DNA of 64,000 bases from Candidatus Sumerlaeia bacterium (lineage in GTDB: Bacteria > Sumerlaeota > Sumerlaeia > SLMS01 > JANRJK01), in the NCBI GenBank assembly GCA_033764015.1, contig JANRJK010000030.1, positions 1-64,000 on the forward strand, in the 5' to 3' direction. The notes under the pieces were generated by a model. The model was not told where the DNA came from and made no database searches. It saw only the letters and a list, made by a program, of their open reading frames with translations. Below, piece by piece: positions 16,913-26,209 of the stretch. The translations under genes and the position numbers were made by a program. Within the stretch, counting starts at the first letter, position 1, and every line of letters starts with the position of its first letter.

Positions 16913-18199
16913 TCAGCCCGGCAGCCCGAGCATCGCGCGGCGAAGGATCTCCAGCGCTTGGTTGGCGGCCCACTCCCGGACCAGCCCGCGTCCGCCAAGC
17001 TGCCTCCGCCGGACCGGGGCGTGGTCTCCGGAGGGACCCGCCAGGCCGAACCAGACCGTGCCGACCGGGGCGCCGTGCGTGTCGGCGTCGGGGCCGGCGA
17101 CCCCGGTGGTCGAAACCGCCCAGTCCGCGCCAAGCCGCTCTCGCGCCCCGCGCGCCATGGCGGCGGCGGTCTCGGCGTTCGCCGCGCCGTGCGCCGCCAG
17201 CTCCGCGGCGTCCACACCGAGCTGGCGAGACTTCACGTCGAAGCTGTACGCCACAACGGCGCCGGCGAACGCCGCGGACGCTCCTCCGTGGTCCGTGAGG
17301 CGGGCGGCCACAAGTCCGCCGGTGACCGATTCGGCGGTGGCGACCTTCCAGCCCCGCTCCTTCGCGATGCGGACCACCGCTTCGCCGAGCGTCCACTCCG
17401 GGGGACCCTCCCCGAAGATGGTGTCGGGTTCGAGCCGCCCGCGGAACGCCGCGGCGTGCGCCAGCGCGGCCTCCTCCGCGGCGGCTTCCGACTCCGCCCA
17501 TCCCGTGAGTCGCAGCCGGATCTGGCCGAGGGCCGCCAGGATCGTCACGTCCACGTCCGGGCGGGCGGCGAACAAGTCCGCGCCGAGCTGGTTCACACGC
17601 GACTCGGGCACGAAAGCGATGTGGATCGTGTGCGTGTGCGTCCGCGGGCGACCCGGGAAATGGTTGACAAAGTCAATGGTCCGCGCGTCCGCGTACATCG
17701 GCGGCCACTCCCGGGGCGGGCCGGGCAGGGCCAGCATCGCGCCGAGCCCCGCGCGCGGCGGCATGAAGAACCCCGGCGCCGTGCCGTTCGCGTTGGGCAC
17801 CACGCGCGCGCCTTCCGGCAGGCGCGCCTGCACCAGGTTCGACTCCGGCATCGGCACGCCGCGCTCGCGGAACCGGCGGGCGATCGCCTCCGCCGCGTCC
17901 TCGTGGAACACGAGCGGCGCCGCGTACAACTCCTCCGCCGCGAACCGCGTCAGGTCGTCCTCCGTGGGCCCCAGCCCGCCGGTGAGCACCACCAGGTCGT
18001 GCGTCCGCAGCGCCTCTCCCAGCCCGGCCACCAGCACCGCCCGGTCGTCCGGCATGGCGCGGTGCCCCTGCACGAGGAAGCCGTCCGCGAGCAGGAGCTG
18101 CGAGAGGCGCTGCGCGTTCGTGTCCGCGTAAAGCCCCTGGAGGATCTCGCTGCCGCTGCTCGCGACGCAGGCGGTGGGACGGTGCGGCGCGGCGCTCAT
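16913..18199 (-). CDS. cinA: CinA family (molybdopterin-binding-like + PncC) competence/damage-inducible protein
   Basis: GSEILQG..DTNA, TGGLGPTEDDLT, GTAPG, ATAESVTGG, STTGVAGP. Confidence 0.9.
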   Translation of the reverse strand: MSAAPHRPTACVASSGSEILQGLYADTNAQRLSQLLLADGFLVQGHRAMPDDRAVLVAGLGEALRTHDLVVLTGGLGPTEDDLTRFAAEELYAAPLVFHEDAAEAIARRFRERGVPMPESNLVQARLPEGARVVPNANGTAPGFFMPPRAGLGAMLALPGPPREWPPMYADARTIDFVNHFPGRPRTHTHTIHIAFVPESRVNQLGADLFAARPDVDVTILAALGQIRLRLTGWAESEAAAEEAALAHAAAFRGRLEPDTIFGEGPPEWTLGEAVVRIAKERGWKVATAESVTGGLVAARLTDHGGASAAFAGAVVAYSFDVKSRQLGVDAAELAAHGAANAETAAAMARGARERLGADWAVSTTGVAGPDADTHGAPVGTVWFGLAGPSGDHAPVRRRQLGGRGLVREWAANQALEILRRAMLGLPG

Positions 18200-19467
18200 T
18201 CCAGCGGCATGCCGTAGAGGTCGACGAGGATCGCGTCGAGGCGCCCGCGCCATGCGGCCTCGTTGTGGTCGGCGCCCTCGAAACGTCGGGTGATGACCTC
18301 GCGCCCGGCGCTCCAGCCCTGCGCCGCCATCGCCGCATCCACGCGCCCTTGCAGCGCCGCGTAGGGTGCGTCGACCCCGACCGTGCCGAAGTCGAAGTAG
18401 ATGCGCAGGTTGCGCGGGATCGGCGCGCCCCGCTCCAGCGACTCGACCATCTTCCCGCCCTCCCACACCCAGTGCGTCGAAACGCACCCGAGCCGCGATA
18501 CCTTGTCGGGATGCCGCATCCCGGTGTAGAGGGACACTAGGCCGCCCATGGAGGATCCCATGACCGCCGTGTGCTCGCGCCCGGGAAGCGTCCGGTACCG
18601 CGTGTCGATCAGCGGCTTCAGCTCCTCCATCAGGAAGTCGGCGTACTCCGGGGCCTTGTGGTGCGGGGAGTACTCCGGCCGGCGGTCCGGCGAGTTGAAC
18701 GCCCCCACCACGATCACCGGCTCCATGCGCCCCTGCGAAACGAGGCGCTCGACCGCCTCGTCGACGCCCCAGTCCACCCCCGAGGGGATCATCCGCGGAT
18801 CGAATAGGTTCTGGCCGTCGTGCATGTAGAGCACCGGGAACCGGCGCGCCGGAGCCGCGTCGTAGGCGGTCGGCAGCCACACCAGCACATGCCGCGGGTT
18901 GATCGTCGAGCGCGAGCGCACGTCGCGGAGCAGCTCGAGGCGCCCTTGGACGCCGCCCTCCGCGAGCGACTCGAGCGCGCCGTCGAGGCCCCCCTGGAAC
19001 CCCTTCACCGTGGTCGTGTAGGTGTTCGTCCCGACCGGCACTTGGTGGTCCTGGTGCTGGACGCCGCGCTCGTCGATCTGCTGCCGCGTCCAGTCGCCCA
19101 GCGTCAGTTTAAAGCGGAACTCTTCGCTGGCGGGCACCTCGACCGCGACCCGGCGGAGGTAGGGCGTCCCGCCCTCCAGCTTGAACAGCGACGGATTCCA
19201 AGGGCCGAACTGCTCCGTCGTTCCGGTCAGGTACACATCGCCGGCGAACGGCGGGTCGAAGAAGAGCTCAAGAAGGACGCGCCGGATCCCCTGCTTGCGC
19301 ACCGGACTATCGAGCGGAAGCGGCGCCGGTTGGAGCACCACGGCGTCGATGCCCGAAACCACGCGCGGCGTCGCGTCGGGCTGGGCGTGAAGCGGCGCGT
19401 TCACGAGGAGCGCTGCGGCGAGCGCCAAAGCGGCGCCACGGGCAAGACGGGCATAGAGACCTTCCAT
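18196..19467 (-). CDS. Secreted alpha/beta-hydrolase (esterase family) with N-terminal CBM20-like domain
   Basis: Signal peptide. VYLTG..FGPWNP..FKLTLGDW (CBM20-like), then VLYMHDGQNLFD, GSSMGG, HNEAAW. GGAGG RBS upstream. Confidence 0.83.
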   Translation of the reverse strand: MEGLYARLARGAALALAAALLVNAPLHAQPDATPRVVSGIDAVVLQPAPLPLDSPVRKQGIRRVLLELFFDPPFAGDVYLTGTTEQFGPWNPSLFKLEGGTPYLRRVAVEVPASEEFRFKLTLGDWTRQQIDERGVQHQDHQVPVGTNTYTTTVKGFQGGLDGALESLAEGGVQGRLELLRDVRSRSTINPRHVLVWLPTAYDAAPARRFPVLYMHDGQNLFDPRMIPSGVDWGVDEAVERLVSQGRMEPVIVVGAFNSPDRRPEYSPHHKAPEYADFLMEELKPLIDTRYRTLPGREHTAVMGSSMGGLVSLYTGMRHPDKVSRLGCVSTHWVWEGGKMVESLERGAPIPRNLRIYFDFGTVGVDAPYAALQGRVDAAMAAQGWSAGREVITRRFEGADHNEAAWRGRLDAILVDLYGMPLE

Positions 19468-19623
19468 CGCCAAGACCTCCGGCAGGGAATCGCCCCGGAT
19501 TGGACCCGCCGGCATCCACCGGCGGAATCGAAATCGCGCGATCCGCCGTTGCATCGGCGCGGCGCCTGCCCGCCAATCGTCCCTTACGCAGCCGCGCCAA
19601 GCCCGTCCCGCAGGAGCGAACCG

Positions 19624-21102
19624 TTGTCCCGCGCATCCTCCACGCTTCTTCCCAACGACCGTATGGAATGGGTCGAGTCCTGGGGCATGGACCAGCGCGC
19701 GCTCTCCTGGGTGTACCGCCCGAGCACCGTCGAGGGAGTCGCCTCCGTGCTCGAGGCCGCCCGGCGCAGCGGCCGCTCCGTCGGCCTGCGCGGCGCGGGG
19801 CGCAGCTACGGCGACGCGTCCCTCAACACCGAGGGCATCTGCCTCGACCTCACGCGCATGAACCGCATCCTCGATTGGGACCCGGAGGAGGGGTTGGCGA
19901 CCGTCGAGCCCGGCGTCACCGTGCGCCAGCTCTGGGAGTACGCCATCGACGACGGCTGGTGGCCCGCCGTGGTTCCCGGCACCATGTTCCCCACGCTCGC
20001 GGGAATGGCTGCGATGAACGTCCACGGCAAGAACGCCTACAAGGTCGGCCCCATCGGCGACCAGATCGAACAGGCCAGCGTCCTGCTCCCCAGCGGCGAA
20101 TCGCGCATCGTCAGCCGGGAGCGCGACCCCGGGCTCTTCCACGGGATCATCGGCGGCGCCGGCATGCTCGGCGTGTTCACCAGCCTCACGCTGCGGCTCA
20201 AGCGCGTCCACTCGGGCCTGCTCGAGGTGGACTCCTTCCAGACCGGCTCGCTCCGCGCCATGATCGATGTGTTCGAGGAGAACGCGGCCACGAGCGACTA
20301 CATGGTGGGCTGGGTTGATTGCTTCGCCGGGGGCAAGTCGCTCGGGCGCAACGCGATCCACCTCGCGCGCTACCTCAAGCCCGGCGACGACCCCGCGCCG
20401 GCGCAGTCCCTGCGCGTCGAGCGCCAGCAGCTCCCCGACACGCTCTTCGGCTTCATCCCCAAGAGCATGATCTGGATGGGACTCTATCCGTTCACCAACG
20501 ATTGGGGCATGCGGATGGTCAACACGGCCAAGGTGTGGGCCGGGCGCCTGCCGGTGGTCGCGAAACCGCGCTACCAGCAGAGCCACGCCGCTTTCGCCTT
20601 CCTCCTCGACTACGTTCCCAACTGGAAGTGGGGCTACAAGCCTGGAGGCCTCGTGCAGTTCCAGAGCTTCGTCCCGCGCGATCGCGCCGCAGAGGTCTTC
20701 GAGGCGCAGCTCCGCCTCATGCGCAAGCGCGGCATCTACTCCTACCTCGGCGTCTTCAAGAAGCACCGTCCCGACCCGTTCCTCCTCACGCACGGGCTCG
20801 ACGGCTATTCGCTTGCCCTCGACTTCCCGGTGAACGACGGGAACCGGGCGGCGCTGCGGCGCTTCCTGCACGAGCTCGAGGATCTCGCCATCGAAGCGGG
20901 CGGGCGCCTCTACTTCGCCAAGGACAGCGCCATGCGCCCCGGCGCGCCGCGCCGCTACCTCCCCGCGCAGAACCTCGCCGCCTTCGAACGCCTCCGCGCC
21001 GAGTGCGACCCGGAAGGCATCCTCTCCACCGACCTCTACCGCCGCGTCTTCGCCGACGGCGCCACCGCCCCCCGCCGCCGCGCCGCAAGGAGTGCGCGCT
21101 AA
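19624..21102 (+). CDS. FAD-binding oxidoreductase, DprE1-like (decaprenylphosphoryl-ribose oxidase family)
   Basis: RGAGRSYGDA, VVPGT, NVHGKN, GYSLALDFP, GGRLYFAKDS. TTG start after AGGAG. Confidence 0.83.
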   Translation: MSRASSTLLPNDRMEWVESWGMDQRALSWVYRPSTVEGVASVLEAARRSGRSVGLRGAGRSYGDASLNTEGICLDLTRMNRILDWDPEEGLATVEPGVTVRQLWEYAIDDGWWPAVVPGTMFPTLAGMAAMNVHGKNAYKVGPIGDQIEQASVLLPSGESRIVSRERDPGLFHGIIGGAGMLGVFTSLTLRLKRVHSGLLEVDSFQTGSLRAMIDVFEENAATSDYMVGWVDCFAGGKSLGRNAIHLARYLKPGDDPAPAQSLRVERQQLPDTLFGFIPKSMIWMGLYPFTNDWGMRMVNTAKVWAGRLPVVAKPRYQQSHAAFAFLLDYVPNWKWGYKPGGLVQFQSFVPRDRAAEVFEAQLRLMRKRGIYSYLGVFKKHRPDPFLLTHGLDGYSLALDFPVNDGNRAALRRFLHELEDLAIEAGGRLYFAKDSAMRPGAPRRYLPAQNLAAFERLRAECDPEGILSTDLYRRVFADGATAPRRRAARSAR

Positions 21103-22088
21103 TGTCGCGAGACCAGAAGCTCCCAATGCTTGTGGCGGGCGTCTCCGCCGCGGTAGTGATCGCCGGAGCGGCGATCTGGACTGTGCGCTCCGGCGACCGG
21201 GACGCGGCCCCCGCGCCGACCGACGCCCGCGCCGCCGCCGCTCCCGCGCGGACCCGGGCCCCCGAGCCCACGCCCGAACCCACCCCCGCCAAGGCGACTC
21301 CCGCGCCGGAGCCCACGCTCGCCCCGCAGCAATCCGACCAGCTGCCCGCCTACATGCTACCGCGGAAGGAAGGCGAGAAGGTCTCGCTCGAGAACGCCGA
21401 CCTCTACATGATCGCCGACATCGACGCGCTCCTCGAACAGTACGGCTCCGCCGGCGCGCTCTACCGCGCGCTTTCGCCGGAGCGGCGGGAGCAGTTCGTC
21501 GCGGGCCTTTGGGCCGAGAACCGCCTGCGGGCCGTCGTCGCCGAACTGCTCGACGCCGAACCGGATTCCACCAAGCGCGGCCACATCCTCGTCCAAGTGC
21601 AGCCGACGAATCTCAACCAACCCTTCGACGCGGACGGGAACTTCACGAAGGACAAGGAACTGGTCGAACTGCTCAAGCGGACGGCGCCGCTCGCGACCTC
21701 GCAGGAGGAAATCCTCGCGCGGCTCCGAATCGGCGCCATGGCGAGCGACGAGTACGGCGTCGAGTACGCCCGCCAGCTCGCCGCCGCCCATCCGGCGGAC
21801 TCGCCGCTCCACCTCGCCGCGCTGGCGCAGGAACTCAAGTCCGGCATCCGGGAAGGAAGTTTCGACGAGGCCGCCCGTGCCGCGGCGGCGCGCAGGATCG
21901 CCGAAGCACTGACCCCCGAGCGCGCAGCCGCCACCCCGCTCGACGTCCGGCTCGACACCTACTATTCCGTCTCCTTTGGCCTGTCCGGGGCGGAAGCGCA
22001 GGACTTCTACCGACGCCAGCTCGAGGTGGAGCGCGACGCGCAAGGCAGGGAAATCCTGACCCAATTGATCGAGGCCGCCGGGCGCTAG
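21102..22088 (+). CDS. Hypothetical protein with N-terminal membrane anchor, Pro/Thr-rich linker and helical domain
   Basis: TAATG translational coupling, hydrophobic N-terminal helix, PEPTPEPTP linker. Confidence 0.7.
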   Translation: MSRDQKLPMLVAGVSAAVVIAGAAIWTVRSGDRDAAPAPTDARAAAAPARTRAPEPTPEPTPAKATPAPEPTLAPQQSDQLPAYMLPRKEGEKVSLENADLYMIADIDALLEQYGSAGALYRALSPERREQFVAGLWAENRLRAVVAELLDAEPDSTKRGHILVQVQPTNLNQPFDADGNFTKDKELVELLKRTAPLATSQEEILARLRIGAMASDEYGVEYARQLAAAHPADSPLHLAALAQELKSGIREGSFDEAARAAAARRIAEALTPERAAATPLDVRLDTYYSVSFGLSGAEAQDFYRRQLEVERDAQGREILTQLIEAAGR

Positions 22089-22167
22089 TCTTGACAAGGT
22101 GCGCCGTGGGACCCGAACTGGACGGACTCTCGATTCGGGCGGGCCACCCGCCCGGCGCCGGACGCTG

Positions 22168-23769
22168 ATGCTCAAGCTGTCTTGCCAAACAGGAATCCTG
22201 CGCGGGCAGGTCCTCGACGCCCCCACAAGACGCCTCTCCGTGGGGCGCGACCCGAGCTGCGACCTGCGCATCGACGACCCCAAGGTTTCGCGCCTGCACG
22301 GCTGGCTTGAGACACGCGACGGCGAGTTCTACTTCACCGACAACAAGTCCACCAACGGCACCTTCCTGAACGGCGAGCGCTTCTTCGAGGGGCCAATCGT
22401 CCTCGGCGACACGTTCCAACTAGGCGCCTGCGAGTTTGTCGTCCTCGAACCCGCCGATTTCCAAACGATCCACTTCGTCGCCTCGAACTCCATCGTCACG
22501 AATTCCGTGCAGACCGGCGTGTTCCGAGTCGACGCGCTCGCTGACAAGTTCTCCGAAATCTTCGACTACTACAAGGACAAGGCCCCCGAGTCCGGCCAGT
22601 GGGAGAACCTCGACATCGTCCGCATGCAGCGGATGCTCAACTCGCTGAAGACCCTCTTCACGGTCAGCCAGACGATCTCGCAGCTCATCCCGCTCAAGGA
22701 GCTGCTGGCGCAGGTGGCCCAGCACCTCTTCGAGGTGTTCCCCGCGGGCGAGAACCTCGTGATCCTCCTGCGCGACGAGGCGACCGGCGCCATGCGCCCG
22801 GTGCACGCCTCCGAGCGCGAAGGGGGAGAGGTCCACACCATGGCGATCAGCCAGACCGTCCTCGACCAGGCGGTGCGCGAGAAGTCCACCCTCATCGCGA
22901 ACGACGCCACCGCCGACGACCGCCTCTCCGCCAGCGACTCGATCGTGGGCCTCAACGTGAAGTCGGTCATGTGCGCGCCACTCATCGTCGGCGAGCGCGT
23001 GATCGGCGCCATGTACATCGACAACCGCCAGGTCAGCGTCCGCTACGACGAGATGGACATGGAGCTGGTGACCGCCTTCGCCAACCAGGCCGCCGTCGCC
23101 ATCGACAACGCCCGCCTCTGCGACGACCTCCAGAGCAGCTACCACCAGACCCTCCAGGCCCTCGTGAACGCCATCGAGGCCAAGGACCCCTACACCATGG
23201 GGCACACCGCGCGCGTGGCGAAGCTCTCCACCGCACTCGGGCGCGAACTCGGCCTCAACAAGGAGCGCCTCGAGCGCCTCCGCATGGCCGCCGAGCTCCA
23301 CGACATCGGCAAAATCGGCGTCAAGGAAGGCATCATCAACAAGGCGGGCAAACTCACCGACGAGGAGTACGAGGACATCAAGCTCCACGTCGAGATGGGC
23401 GAGCGCATCCTGAAGCCGATCACCTTCCTCGCGGACCTGCTCCCCCACATCCGCGGCCACCACGAGAAATGGGACGGCACCGGATACCCCGACGGCCTCA
23501 AGGGCGAGCAGTGCACCCTCGAAGGGCGCATCATCGCCATGGCCGACGCCTTCGACGCGATGACCTCGCAGCGCTCCTACAACAAGCCGCTCACCTGGGC
23601 GCAGGCGCTCGAACGCATCCGCGCCACCTCCGGCAAGCACTTCGACCCGCGCCTCGTCGACGCCTTCGGACGCATGATGGACCGGCAGGCGGGGACCGGA
23701 TCCGGCCCGGGGCTGCCCTTCCCCGCCGGCCAGGAGCTCGAGCTGGCCCAGATGCCCCAGCCCAAGTAG
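22168..23769 (+). CDS. FHA-GAF-HD-GYP cyclic-dinucleotide phosphodiesterase
   Basis: FHA (GRD, VSRLH, STNGTFLNG), GAF (SVMCAPL..IGAMYIDN..ANQAAVAIDNARL), HD-GYP (HDIGK, HHEKWDGTGYPDGL). Confidence 0.92.
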   Translation: MLKLSCQTGILRGQVLDAPTRRLSVGRDPSCDLRIDDPKVSRLHGWLETRDGEFYFTDNKSTNGTFLNGERFFEGPIVLGDTFQLGACEFVVLEPADFQTIHFVASNSIVTNSVQTGVFRVDALADKFSEIFDYYKDKAPESGQWENLDIVRMQRMLNSLKTLFTVSQTISQLIPLKELLAQVAQHLFEVFPAGENLVILLRDEATGAMRPVHASEREGGEVHTMAISQTVLDQAVREKSTLIANDATADDRLSASDSIVGLNVKSVMCAPLIVGERVIGAMYIDNRQVSVRYDEMDMELVTAFANQAAVAIDNARLCDDLQSSYHQTLQALVNAIEAKDPYTMGHTARVAKLSTALGRELGLNKERLERLRMAAELHDIGKIGVKEGIINKAGKLTDEEYEDIKLHVEMGERILKPITFLADLLPHIRGHHEKWDGTGYPDGLKGEQCTLEGRIIAMADAFDAMTSQRSYNKPLTWAQALERIRATSGKHFDPRLVDAFGRMMDRQAGTGSGPGLPFPAGQELELAQMPQPK

Positions 23770-23875
23770 CCCCGGCACGCGGCGCGCTCCCTCGCCGCGT
23801 CGGCCAATCCGACCCTTGCGCGCCCACCGGCGCGCTTCCTAGCATCAACCCCAGATCAGAACCGAGGAGCACCGC

Positions 23876-25093
23876 GTGTCCACCCTCCGCACCGTCGAGC
23901 ACTTCTACGAAAACCTCGAATCGATGCAGCTCAACATGGGGCCGCAGCACCCGTCCACGCACGGCGTGCTCCGCGTCGTCCTCGACCTCGACGGCGAGAC
24001 GATCAACAGGGCCACCTGCCACCTCGGCTACCTGCACCGCGCGAAGGAGAAGCACGCCGAGCACAAGACCTACCACCAGTTCATCCCCTACACGGACCGG
24101 ATGGACTACCTCGCGCCGATGTCGAACAACACCGGCTTCGCGATGACCGTGGAAAAGGCGCTCGGCCTCGAGATCACGCCGCGCTGCAAGTACCTCCGCA
24201 CCCTACTCTGCGAGCTCGCCCGCATCTCCGGCCACCTCCTCTGGTTCGGCACCAACTCCCTCGAGCTCGGCGCCATGACGCCCTTCCTCTGGGCGTTCAC
24301 CCAGCGCGAGAAAATCTACGACATCTTCGAGTGGATCGCCGGCGCGCGCTTCACCGTCTCCTACATGCGCGTCGGCGGCGTCGCCCGCGCCGACTACCCG
24401 CACTGGCGCTCCATGGTCCGCGAGTTCCTCGACCAGTACATCGAGGCGCAGGACGAGTTCGAGGGAATGCTGAACGAGAACGAGATCTTCATCCAGCGCC
24501 TCCAGGGCGTCGGCGCGATCAACTCCACCGAGGCGGTGCAGTTCGGCCTCACCGGTCCGGCGCTCCGCGCCTCCGGCGTCCCCCGCGACATCCGCAAGGA
24601 CGAGCCCTACCTCGCCTACGCGGAGTTCGACTGGGACATCGTCACGGAGACCGCCGGCGACTGCTTCGCCCGCTACCTCGTCCGCATGGGTGAAATGCGC
24701 CAGTCCTGGCGCATCGCCAAGCAGGCGCTCGAACGCCTCGAGGAGTGCGCCGCGCGCAACGAGCCCGTCAACATCGACAACCCCAAGATCATGTTCCCCT
24801 CCAAGGAAAACGTGAAGAAGTCCATGGAGGACCTGATCCACCACTTCCTCCTCGCCAGCGAGGGCTTCAAGGTCCCCCCCGCGGAGGTGTACCACGCGGT
24901 CGAGGGACCGAAGGGCGAGCTCGGCTTCTACCTCGTCTCCGACGGCGGCCCGCGCGCCTACCGCCTCGGTGTGCGGAGCCCGTCGTTCATCAACCTCCAG
25001 TGCCTCGACCACATCAGCCGCGGGCACATGCTGCCGGACATCGTCGCGATCATCGCCAGCCTCGACCCGGTCATGGGCGAAGTGGACCGCTAA
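23876..25093 (+). CDS. nuoD: NADH-quinone oxidoreductase subunit D
   Basis: NMGPQHPSTHGVLR, GYLHR, DRMDY, EGPKGELG, DPVMGEVDR. GAGGAG RBS, GTG start. Confidence 0.95.
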   Translation: MSTLRTVEHFYENLESMQLNMGPQHPSTHGVLRVVLDLDGETINRATCHLGYLHRAKEKHAEHKTYHQFIPYTDRMDYLAPMSNNTGFAMTVEKALGLEITPRCKYLRTLLCELARISGHLLWFGTNSLELGAMTPFLWAFTQREKIYDIFEWIAGARFTVSYMRVGGVARADYPHWRSMVREFLDQYIEAQDEFEGMLNENEIFIQRLQGVGAINSTEAVQFGLTGPALRASGVPRDIRKDEPYLAYAEFDWDIVTETAGDCFARYLVRMGEMRQSWRIAKQALERLEECAARNEPVNIDNPKIMFPSKENVKKSMEDLIHHFLLASEGFKVPPAEVYHAVEGPKGELGFYLVSDGGPRAYRLGVRSPSFINLQCLDHISRGHMLPDIVAIIASLDPVMGEVDR

Positions 25094-25121
25094 CCGCAAT
25101 CCTCCGCAGGAGCGCCGCGCC

Positions 25122-26204
25122 ATGGCCCTCATCGACCCGCTCTTCGAGTACATGCTCGAGTCCGGCGCCTCCGACCTGCACCTCGCGGAGGGCAACTCCC
25201 CCCGCGTGCGCCTCCACGGATCCGTCGAGGACATCCCCGGCTGGGGACCGCTCGACAAGGAAATGATCCGCTCGATGCTCCAGGAGATCTGCTTCCCGCC
25301 GGAGCGCTGGGACATCTACGAGCGCACCGGCGACACGGACCTGGCCTACGCGCTCGGCACCAAGGCTCGCTTCCGCTGCAACTTCAACAAGCAGTACGGC
25401 GGCTACGGAGCGGTCTTCCGCACCATCCCCTCCCGCATCAAGACGCTCGAGGAACTCGGCGTGCCCACGGTCCTCCGCTCCTTCGCGTACTACCGCGCGG
25501 GGCTGGTGCTCGTCACCGGGCCGACCGGCTCCGGCAAGTCGACCACGCTCGCCGCCGTCATCAACGAGATCAACGCGAACATCGCCCGGCACATCCTCAC
25601 CATCGAGGAGCCCATCGAGTTCGTCCATCCGCCCTACCTGTCGAACCTCGCGCAGCGCGAGGTCGGCATCGACGCCCACAGCTTCGCCGACGCGCTCACC
25701 TCAGCGAGCCGGCAGGATGTGGACGTGATCCTGGTGGGCGAAATGCGCGACCTGGAAACGATCTCGCTCGCGGTGACCGCCGCGGAAACCGGCGTCCTCG
25801 TCTTCGGCACGCTCCACACCAACAGCGCCACCAAGACCGTCGACCGCATCATCGACGTGTTCCCCTCGGACCAGCAGAACCAGATCCGCCAGATGCTCGC
25901 CGTCTCGCTCAAGGCGGTCTGCGCGCAGCTCCTCCTGAAGAAGAAGGGCGGAGGCCGCCTCGCCGCCAACGAGATCATGATCCAGAGCCGAGGCGTCGCG
26001 AACTGCATCCGCGAGGCGAAGACCATCCAGCTCGTCTCCCAGATCCTCTCCGGCAAGGCGCTCGGGATGCAGCTCATGGACGACTGCATCGAAGGGTTCC
26101 TGCAGGCGGACAAGATCGAGGGCCACGAGGCGTACATGAAGGCCGTCGACAAGGACCGCTTCCGCCAGTACGCGCCGATCCGCGAGGGCGCCGCCGCCCA
26201 CTAG
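25122..26204 (+). CDS. pilT: Type IV pilus retraction ATPase, PilT family
   Basis: ASDLHL, GPTGSGKSTT, TIEEPIE, QREVG, LVGEMRD, GTLHT. Confidence 0.9.
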   Translation: MALIDPLFEYMLESGASDLHLAEGNSPRVRLHGSVEDIPGWGPLDKEMIRSMLQEICFPPERWDIYERTGDTDLAYALGTKARFRCNFNKQYGGYGAVFRTIPSRIKTLEELGVPTVLRSFAYYRAGLVLVTGPTGSGKSTTLAAVINEINANIARHILTIEEPIEFVHPPYLSNLAQREVGIDAHSFADALTSASRQDVDVILVGEMRDLETISLAVTAAETGVLVFGTLHTNSATKTVDRIIDVFPSDQQNQIRQMLAVSLKAVCAQLLLKKKGGGRLAANEIMIQSRGVANCIREAKTIQLVSQILSGKALGMQLMDDCIEGFLQADKIEGHEAYMKAVDKDRFRQYAPIREGAAAH

Positions 26205-26209
26205 CGGAT

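Noticed and set aside
22091..22120. TTGACA upstream of the HD-GYP gene as a sigma70 promoter
   Set aside because: There is no convincing -10 element at the proper spacing (CGAACT at best).
23876..25093. NiFe-hydrogenase large subunit
   Set aside because: It lacks both CxxC nickel-binding motifs and has canonical NuoD motifs.
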